Assembly: GCA_051362555.1 (NCBI GenBank)
Contig: CM120642.1
Location: 25,916,001-25,980,000, forward strand
DNA: 64,000 nt
From: Lingula anatina
Lineage: Eukaryota; Animalia; Brachiopoda
Reading direction: 5' to 3'
Shown here: positions 53,900-64,000 of the stretch, piece by piece
Position numbering within the stretch: position 1 is the first letter of the stretch
How the letters are laid out: each line of letters starts with the position of its first letter
Notes under the pieces: generated by a model
What the model saw: only the letters and a program-made list of their open reading frames with translations
Database searches by the model: none
Told to the model about the DNA's origin: nothing
Made by a program: the position numbers and the translations under genes

Positions 53900-56800
53900 T
53901 TGGGGGGGGGGTGGAGGGTAATATCAATTCTTTGTACGAAAAACTATTGATCTAATCACGAGCCGTGTGCTTTCTCGCGTACGTGTTTGGCACAACTCAG
54001 TTTGTCTCTTGGTAACTTTGAACCCTAATTCGTCATGACTTTTAAAGTTTGAATGGGTAAATCTAAACGCTGCTGTACATGTTTTTGTAATCTTAAACTG
54101 ATATTTCCGCGTGTTAACTGCTTCACACTGTGTCATACATACATAACCTATACGTGGCAATCGGCACGCTCTGTCGCCCACTGAAGTATAAGGACTTATT
54201 ATGTCTCTAGCAGAGCACCCTTATCTGAAAAGCACTCTATATGCAAAATGGCGCCCTGTACACTAGTGGAGGATGTCACCCATTCTAGTTACAAAACACG
54301 TATTGTCACCAAACTTCATTTTACTATACGGACCACTCATTTGCTACTCAGGCCTGATCGAGATTCATTCATAAATATACTTTGGAGCTCCGTTCACAAA
54401 TTCCAGCCTGTTTTCGCTGCAATATGCGGTTAAAGGATGGGGTTGTTAGTTCATCCAAACACAAACCTAACTGGTGGCGCTTGGACGCCTCTGTGGATGT
54501 GGTGACTATTGCTATTCAAGTCACGAAGGAGACACCGTGCAAAAGGCCGGAGCCAGTAGACTTTAATGAAAAATATAGTACGGCCCACCTCGGTTGTTTC
54601 CTATGTTTTAATAAAATCGTCATATAAGCCCTGTCCAATTAATTCCCAAACGGGGTGAATTTATTACTGAGCACACGAGAGATAGACATTTGATGCCGAT
54701 CCCAACGTCAACATTCATCATGTTATTTGAACATTGTCACACAAACATGAGCATTGATGGAAAGATGAGCGGTAACGACATTTATATCTAATATCTGATA
54801 TATTTCAAATGTGACTGAAAAACCGCGGTTATTTTTTTTATTAATTTTCTTAAAATTTTTTGAATGGCAGGTAGCATCTTGCGGTATGACAAATAGTGAA
54901 AACAGACCGCGAAGAACCTGAGCGTTTTGTATCATGATACATTGTTCCATTATAATACGATTGTTCACTTTAACCCTCTGCAGAATATGATATCCTGGGC
55001 CCATATGTTTCAAAATTTTAAACCAATTTGTATTAGATCTTGCCCACATCTTTAAGTGACATGTCACGGGAACAGAGACTTTTACAGTTGTTGAAAAAAA
55101 TCGAGGGCAATTACTATGATCAGGGCAAAGAAACCCACCCAGGTTTGGACTTCAAATAGCCATAATTTCTTACAAGCGAGCTGGCGGTAACAAGACGGTC
55201 GTCTGCGCTGGATAAAGACCAGGCCAGAGGTCATTTTCAGCCCAAACGTGGTATACATCTGCCGAAACAAATTGCACTCCAAAGTCTTATAAAATCAAAA
55301 GACTGTTTGTACAAGTCTTATGGTTGATTTCATAAAACGCCTCAGGTGAAAAATAAACACCTCTAAGCAGTGGGGGAAGTATTATGTGAAACTGAGGTTT
55401 TGATGTTATAGCGGCGTGGAAGCAGACTATGTACGAAAAATACAATATAGGTGAGAGGATGTTCTCTTTAGATTTTAGAATTTGGAACAGTCGCGATGAC
55501 TCAATATGCGGGCTTCCAATTCAACGACGCAGGGCCCATCCATCTTACTCAAATACGTGAACTAGGTGACTGTTTTCAAAATGTAATAGCACCCATTCTT
55601 AATAATGCATTCTCTGCGTGTCTCTCGTTAGCTAGTCGTCGTTTCTCACGCAGATTCACGTTGGTCCTGTGCAGGCAAGGGTTTAGCTCCCAATTCACAA
55701 CTGGCGTATTTGCTCACTTCTGAACCAGACAGATCTTTCCTAACTCTCTCACAATAGTACAGCTAATGTAAAATACTAGATATAAGAATGCTTCCACAAA
55801 ATAAGTAAAAGAGGAATTTTGAAAATTTTGGCAATCAACCCTTAATGCATCGAAATAATTACAAAGAAGACCGATGCAGCCGGACCTGCGAGATGTGAAC
55901 GCCGCCAGCGGTTGTAGACCAATTCACAACTGAACTAACTTCTATTTAAAGTTCAGTTCTGCTGTTAGCCAACTAAACCGAATTTCGTCTGATGTGAACA
56001 AAACCAATGAAACATTGCAAACAAGGCAGATTTTGCCGTAATCCTCTTCCTCGGGCGTGTTTTCACTCGCACAGCTAAGATTTCAAACGACATAGCAACA
56101 ATGTCAATATTTTGTAAAAGTGAAATCTTACTACAATGCGAGTTCTGCCTTGAGTGGTAGTCAATCTACATAGACCTGCGTTTTATTTTCCGTCCTTGTC
56201 ATTGTGCTTTTCAGCGCCAAGTGTGGTGTCAGCAGTTCAAGAAAACTCTTCAGACCGTGTTCCCTATTCCTTGTTAATGCCAGAGACAAATCAGAAGTAC
56301 TGGTCACGGTTTTGATGTTTGTACTGCTAAGCTTATTTCGCATGCTTGGTAGGTGCCCAATGTCTCTGTTTGAACATGACATCGCGGAGCGCATGGCCCA
56401 ACGGCCGATTTCATCCCGGACAACCAAGCTAATTTTTTATCGTTAAAGGAGCAATTTGAGATATAAAGTCTTTAATAATATCACGTGTTGCCGTGCCCTT
56501 CATTACAATGACATGTCATCCTCTTCTATACCTTTTTACACTTTTCATTTTTGGGGTTATTACTTTGGCTTGTCGCATCTTTAAATCTGAAGTGCTGCTA
56601 ATAGTCTATAATGAAAGAAACGATTTCTGCAAAGTGTTTATATGACCTTGTGATCAAATTAAGGCTAATTGGTATGATTTAACGGAATTGAAAATCAGTA
56701 AAGCAACCCTATTAAATGGTGCTCCTATTATAATTTTCAGCCCTTCAACCACGTTCTACTTTCTTTGCCTCAACAATGGCAAGATTCATTGAAGAAGACT

Positions 56801-58385
56801 GCTGAACCCAGAACTCCTAAATGCTATGGTTAAAGTATTCCTACTTGTGGGAAAAGGTGAACCAAAAAGCAACCGCAGCTATGGAAATCCACGCATGGAT
56901 ATAACACGATTTTCCGCCATCTGACCACACGTTGTGAAAATATGACCATGCACAAGCAGCGTTCATTCAGAAAAGCACTTCCCGCACACATCCGCACTTC
57001 TTTTTGTACGCCATGTTGTCAGAGTTTCTCGCTTCGGAGCACTTCTTAAGGCACTGTTTTACTTTTATACAATTCGGTCGAGGACTTTCACAATTAAGTG
57101 TCCATGTTTAAAATGAAACAGGTGCGGTGGTGACTTAAAAGCGTTTACCTAACTCTCACCTATCTCACGTAGACAAACAGATGCATGTCAAATTTGCACA
57201 GTAATGGATCACCGCCTCTTTAAAACAGATACGAAAAAAAGTTTTATTTTTGAGTGGAAAGACATTTTTCGAAAAAAATATTGAAAAAGAAATACTTGAT
57301 AACCATCATTTACTAGGAAAAGACATCAACGTGTTGCCATCAAATCATTTTATATCAGAGCCGCAGCGTCAACAGGTGAACACGACTGCGCATGCGTTCT
57401 GCCTTGGGACTACTATTTCCAGTGAACCTAGTCAAATATAAGACGGCTTATCTGTTTAAGACGACATTAATTAGTGAGGTTGACGTATACAGGAATATTA
57501 GCGTCCTTACAGCTATAAATATACCCGTTTTGATTGTAACTTTTGACAAGTTCCTCTAGCAATGAATACTAGTGTGATAAATTAAACAGACTGACTTTAT
57601 AGCACTGTATGCGAAGCACCATATAGGGTTGGTTGTTTAAGTATTTTTTTTAACAGACCACGGCACATATGAAGCAAACAAAACCAAACATGGCCAACGA
57701 ATTTGACACAACACTGACTAACTTTGTTTTGACATCTTTAAAGTCAAGCAAGGAAGGGTGAAATCATCGCGCATGATGTTATGAACGAAGGACTCCAGAC
57801 CATTTATAGTTATACTTTGGCAGGATAGGTTTATGCACGCTTATGACTAGAGGCCATCCTAGTATGTATTGCCGACCTACTAGAGACTTTGTCTGTTTAA
57901 ACACAATTCCAAACGAAAATGTCACAAGAAGGCCGCGATAACACTTCATTTGGAACTGCCTTCGTCCCACGTGAGATTTGAATTATCGCCGCTAAATGCG
58001 CGATGTTTCCATATCTCGCGAGATGGAACGAAAGTATGAGAGCGGAAACAGATTGGCTTTATATATCACGCACACACACACACACACATACAAAAATATT
58101 TGCATGATGAGTTGATATGCCTATGGGGTAACTTTAGGTGCGGTGTCGTCATGATATGGCAAATGCTTTAAATAACTTCCCCGTCGTACCACTAGCGATG
58201 CAACATCTTAAGTTAAAATTACCCAATGCAACGTGATAATTTATAGGTCTCGGACATCTCCCAAGTCCATTATTTGAGCATGCCGGCATATGGCATTTTC
58301 GTCATGTTTAATTACAGAGGCGATTTTAAGCATTTCTTTCTTTTTTTTTTTTTAGTATCTATGTTAAAAAAGCTGTATAACTTAC

Positions 58386-58419
58386 CGCAATTGGTTTAGA
58401 ACATCTAGCAACTTCAGCG
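58386..58419 (-). CDS. INF2: Formin DID/FH3 small exon (x)LKLLDVLNQLR; earlier exons lie beyond the window
   Basis: Strong pyrimidine tract ttctttgcag|CG...GCG|gtaagt, 34 nt, phase 1-2. Resembles INF2 GLQLLDVLARLR. Confidence 0.85.
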
Positions 58420-61400
58420 CTGCAAAGAAAAAGAAGAGAAATTCAGTTATAAATTAAATACTTTTGTACAATAATAAATACAAATGCTACCAAAGTGCGC
58501 TCACCTGGTGAAAATCGTTTTTTCTGTGAACAAACAATGAAACCGAGCCTTATTAACAACTCTTCTCATCACTTTTTTTTAAAGTATCATTCCATCCCAA
58601 ATCTATAAGCACATTTTGTCCGATGTACGAAATCTGACAGGAAACATTTGTGACCTTGAAAACGCTCGGGGAAGATGTTTTTTGCAAACTCGTTCTGCGT
58701 CGTGTGGCACTTACTGGTAGGTCTCATCGTTTCATCCCCGCTTCTGTTCTTGGAACAACGCGACATAAGTAATCTAACAACCATCAATTTAACATTTCAG
58801 TCCCTTATCTATATACATTTCCACAGCATTTGACCAAAATCTGCAGCGTATACTTTCTCTTCTTCACTCCGACTCGCTACCATCTTTTTTTGCTGTCACA
58901 CTGAGCCTTGTATCATGGCAGACTTCATCATATTACCTACACGCACTATTTAACTCAACGACGTAAACAAGAAACAATATGATTAAATACGATCCCGCCA
59001 TGTATTGGCACGTTTAACGACGAAAATCCTTTGTTTGAATGATCGGAATCTTCCTTAGATCATCGGTAATGTCGAACGGTAAACAGGCCTTTTAGGGGAA
59101 ATAATTATTCAGTGACGACCAACTATGCGGGTTTTGTTCGGGTTTGAAGATCATTGAAAATCAGTGTGAGTCATTTCCATTCAAACAGTGTGAGTTGGTA
59201 AGAGGACCTTGATTTTGAGCGACTTCCTGCATAGAATCCAATGATATACTTGCGTATATTACGCCATTCTCGTCGTAGCGGAATTTTATTTTGAACCTGC
59301 CCTCATCCCTGGGAAATACCTCTTTTAACAGGATCAAAAATGTAGGCCCAGAATTCTTCCAAATGAGGTTTAACTAATGCATACCTAGCATTTAAACTTT
59401 TCTTTATTGGCATTTGTGTCAAAATATTGGGTAGAACCGAATTATCCCCAAATTTAGTCGAAATGAAATGAATTACTCAGCCTCGCTTTCTTTTACGAAA
59501 CACTAACTAGAAGGGCATCTATCATTTGAAGTTTAGACATACATGTTTCATTTTCATAAAGATGTACAGTTTGACACAAGGATATGTTTCTAAGAAAGAT
59601 CTGTTTCATTTTTGGGAAAAATGTTTTTTTTTTTTTACTTTTGACCTTGTGTAACGTATTTCATGTACCTCCTACCTAATATGACAACGTCTGCAAAAGC
59701 GATACAAAACAATTCGTGAAACTTCATGCATACATATCCAATTTGCTTTCTTACGTATACAATACCATATTATCTAAAGAACCAGGAAAGGAGACCAAAA
59801 ATTGATTAAATTAAGTCAAATGTTAGTGAAATTTCGTGACCTCACTTCAGTGAGTGTTCTTAAGCCCCATACATCTTCCAGATAAATAAGCGCCTCATTA
59901 TATTTGCAGTAATATATTCACATTCAAAGTCCAGTACGGGTGCATGCAGTGTTCGCCACGGGACCCTATACTGAACGTGAGAGGCACAACAAGCCTTTTC
60001 CTGTTCGTTAAGTGTCTCCAGTCAAAAAGATGAACGCGATAACTTGCCTTACACACTTTATTAATGTTTAACAATGTGCGAAGGGTTGTCCAATCCCGAC
60101 AACGATTTCATTAGCGTTGCCTTCCCATGACTGGTCACCTCCCGTCCGTCTTTAACCCTACCCCCCCCCCTCGCGTGCGAGAGCAGCCCCCCTTCTTAAT
60201 GGCCATGCTCACGACTGGTCATCCATTAAAAAGGTGCCGTCTCTTAATACTTATACTTTGTGTAATGGTTCACCAATATGTTATCGATAGTGATTATTAC
60301 GTGATGTTGCTACACCTTCAAAAAGCATTATCGGTATGTTGCAAATAATGGGATACTGAATGCAAGAACCGTTATCGCCCTGGTAGGGTCAGGGGGCATA
60401 TTATGAGGAGTTGTAATGTGTTTGGATTGATGTGCGTGTACAAGAGAAAAGTCAGTGCTCTGTTCCTCGGGCACTTATTGACCAAATTTCTCTAAGAGCT
60501 CGAACAATCACTCCACAAGGACATTTCGAAAACGCATCAATAGTAAAGGGCCATTTAAGTATCAAACAGGACACAAACACTCAAACATATAGTTTTGTAC
60601 AATAGTGTTACTCTAAAGTTAGGGAAACTTTGTGTACGGCAAATGTTGACATTCGGCCCTGCATTGTCTCCGATCACGAACCAGGGTGAATTTGAGGAAT
60701 AGTGAGTTTATCAAAATCTAAATGGACTGAATATGTCAACACAACTTAGTGAGAGAAGAGGCTGGCTCTGAAATCTGAAATATTAACACTGTCTCGGTTT
60801 TCTTTGGCTATTTTCTGAAGTCGGTAGGTATTGGAGGTGGGGTTGGGTAAACCTGGGTGTGACAGGTATATTGAAAATGCACCTGAGTGTTACGTATGTT
60901 TAAAATGTTCAAACATTTCTATATTCAGCCATTGCCTATCCTTAATCATGATAAAAGTACAGCTAAAAAGTCCTTTTCTGATCGTTGCATGTTGCATTCC
61001 TGCAAACAGATATTCCACTTTAGAATGTTTAAGCACAGTGCGATATTAGCATGAAAAACACACTATTCCACCACACACACTGGCAACCTAATATTCAATT
61101 TTTGTGAGGAAATCCATAAAACGGCTAACACCGATAAAATGTCATTTCTACGACGCCAGTTGTTTGTATCGTAGAGAAATCCCATTTTTAATCATAACTG
61201 ACATCCAATAAATTGGTGCCTGTTGTTTTAAAAGTTGCCCATCAACTGGAGTATGCTGTCTTTATTATCAAAATGTATTTTTATTTTGTTCAAACCCTGG
61301 CGCCGGAATTACATGAGACTACATTGGATGACAGTGTAAATTTTGATACGCATTTCCTCATTATCAAAGTAGAAGCAACGTCTTACTTGTGGTTTAGAAG

Positions 61401-63865
61401 CTTGTCTTGTAAAAAATGCACACTTTTCACCTCGCAAAAGGGATGGTGCGAGCGCATGCTTATGGCATATTTACACTAATAATTTTCTCGCTTCCACAGC
61501 CCATGAAACGCCGTCATCCATGCTAAGATATTTGAAAAAAGGATAGAAACCAGTGTGCCTGAATGAATGAAGCGTTTTCTCACTTGAAATGGACAAATAC
61601 AGCTTAAATATAAGGAGATACGAATGTCGATACTGGTTTAAACACACCTAACATTTACAAAATGTGGTTGACGGGTAACTTAAAAACTTAAGATGAAAAA
61701 ACATCAATTTGTTATACATCCTGAACACCTCTAATCAATTAGACATTTTCCTTTGTATATTATCATCTCTCTCCTTGGGACTCCACCTCTTCGTGAAATG
61801 ATTTTAATGTTAAAATGACAGGGTTAGAGATGCCATGCTTAAGATAAATGCCTGTTCATTGGTGGCTTTGTCATTACCACTGCAGATTATAGACTTTATG
61901 GGACGAAGTTTGCCCCCAAGACAAGATCCTATCGCTTGTCATATTCATCTGAGCCCGAAGCGTTGCTTCTCTATGCTGAATCCTGTATTAACTTACGGCA
62001 GCCTCGATGCTATCTTGTTATGACAAGTTGCGTGTGGGTTAAAGTTGGGCAACCCTTTTCGTGTAAACGTCTAAATAATCTCTGATATTCGCTTCAGAAA
62101 AAAATTTTGTGTACAATGATATCTTTGTCAAGTTTTGCGTGCATTTTCATCTACAAGTTCGTTATACAAAGAGTTTGAGCATAAAATGTTACTTAGAATA
62201 GTAGCTATTTTAGGTATATACTCGTAATCTAAAAGGAAATATGGAGTATCATATCCCATCTAATGAATCTAATGACATTGTCGTACAAAATGTCCAAAAA
62301 TGTCCCTCTCTTCTTTCGACCGCTTCGAAATCCATCCCGCTAAACCGTAAATCTTATTTTTATAGAAAGAGATAAGACGTCATCATGCATGCTATAAGGC
62401 TCCAAAAAGGTCAAATACTTTCAAAACAATGTCAGTTTAATTATGACTTTTACAAAGTGTTCATGGCGGCAAAGGTATCCGTGCAACGGAATTCGGGATG
62501 TATTCCCCTGCTTGCCCAAGTGTAATTTGCAACATGTTTAAAACGAATAATAGGGGAGATTCGATGGAGGTGAGATAGAGCAGGGAGAGATGGAAAGAGT
62601 GACCGGGCTACTGGAACCGTGCGTCACTGAGGGCACAAAATGATTACTTTTTGTCAAAAACTTCCGCATGCAAATGAGCTTTTTTAGAAACGAATACTTT
62701 GACAAACTGATGCAGTGCTTTAAAACGTCAACATCCCGCCCTACATATAAAACGTATTCATAGCACACCATAAAGTTAGTCAAAATATCTGGTTTTTGAC
62801 GAAGGGTCTTGCCAACATTCTTCCACCGCGAATCCACAGCAAAGCTATCTCAATGTTCTCCAACGGTTGAGAGCCCCCCCCCCCCCCCCCCCCCCCCCTT
62901 AATTTAATTATACTGTATCTGTATGGCCGGCACTGTTTTAACAAGGGCCTTGAGAAGACTTTAAATATGTCATTCTGCTCATGCTAATGACTCGCCCGGA
63001 TAGGCGTCTTTTATCGCGAAGAGGTGGACTTTGTCATAATATATCATAGAGAAAACCATTATCTTCTGAATGCTATGCATAAAGTGAACCCATTTTGCGC
63101 AACCCGGATGGTGTTCATAAATAAGAAATGGTTTGTTTTAAAACATCTTTGGTTTGCTATAAACATCAGTTCACTTCGCAGGTGCAAACTCTTGCTCTTG
63201 TTGTAGACTTTTGTCTTTTGTGTTTCAGTTTCATTCACAAGTACTCCACGCCAATGCTTTGGTCTTAACTAGCGTAATGCGCAAATAGGTTGCTTATTTC
63301 ACCATTACATGGAGTGTCCCGTACAGTGTCACGGATTAGGTGAGATTTCATAGGTCACAGAAAAGCGTCTGACACCATCAATAAAACTACCTTCACTTAA
63401 GTTACACTCGCTACCTAAGTCATTATTGAGCACACCGTGTCATAGGTAATCTACAATGGGACAATATATAATAATATGATATTGCGTAACTACACTGTAA
63501 TCATCGGCAACGACGCCATTACACTGATAATCAACTAACAGGTATCATAAGGGCTTACATGGCAAAGGCAAGATCACGGAGGCAAACCCCCACGAAATCA
63601 TTCACTGATTATACGCGTCTGCTCACTAATTCCCCTAATTCCAGGGATTTTTAAGTACAGACCCAGGTGACAGCTACATACCAGTACTCATTGGTTGGAA
63701 TCTGATACAATGAAAACCATGGTCTAAAACCAGGTTAATTCCTTACCTTTCCTGGTTTTCTCTGCTAGTGATTACGTGATTGCACAAAATGACACATTGG
63801 CCTTATTATAACTTCGGTTAATCTTTTAATTCGTGTTTCTTTTTTTTCGTTTTTGATTGTGTTAT

Positions 63866-63910
63866 GATAATCCCCGAAGAAGGCCCAGGGGCCGAAAGCT
63901 CGGACTTTAT
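63866..63910 (+). other. Minimal type-I hammerhead-like motif, possibly a Penelope-like element/retrozyme remnant
   Basis: CCGAAGA-A-GGCC(CAGG)GGCC-GAAAGCTC-GG: core variant (U4 to C), stem II and a palindromic AGCT stem III. Stem I is weak. Confidence 0.35.
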
Positions 63911-64000
63911 TTAACAACTATTATGTAGATCTTTCTAGATGCATCAAAATGTTTTTACTTCTAATTATTGTGTTATGTACACGAAAATAAAAACAACCTA

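Noticed and set aside
56161-56446. Overlapping 88-aa (-) and 80-aa (+) ORFs in a GC-richer intronic patch
   Set aside because: No recognisable homology and only a weak donor (CAG|gtctat); cannot be supported as an exon.
63747-63830. Strong minus-strand donor AAG|gtaagg as the next upstream formin exon
   Set aside because: The required phase-1 frame hits a stop within 9 codons and does not resemble the DID. It could only be non-coding.
1-64000. Remaining 60-130-aa ORFs in the track; tRNA/rRNA genes; transposase or reverse-transcriptase ORFs
   Set aside because: The ORFs are consistent with chance in AT-rich intronic DNA. No cloverleaf, rRNA-like or transposon protein motifs were recognised by eye.

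Overview
AT-rich, intron-rich animal genomic DNA, probably an invertebrate such as a mollusc; the species cannot be determined from sequence. It holds two convergent, 5'-truncated cytoskeletal genes that I assembled by hand from GT-AG sites. (1) A Jupiter/HN1 (JPT)-family microtubule-associated protein on + with 5 coding exons at 4188-11079. (2) An inverted formin (INF2/FHDC1 family) on - with 13 coding exons from 58419 down to 15229, about 1,977 aa in the window: end of the DID, FH1, FH2, a WH2/DAD-like motif and a ~1,340-aa tail encoded by one 4-kb exon. The best unexpected signal is a sharp change from CpG-poor to CpG-rich DNA at about 44.3 kb inside a formin intron. It coincides with an in-frame ATG-bearing alternative first exon (45107-45160), predicting a DID-less, FHDC1/INF1-like isoform from an internal promoter. 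Other observations: MITE/Helentron-type repeats, a 300-bp hairpin, a candidate 6-nt microexon, an unrecognised 4-copy W-R-S motif in the formin tail, abutting poly(A) signals and a hammerhead-like motif. No prokaryotic, CRISPR, tRNA or rRNA features were seen. All coordinates were counted by eye.
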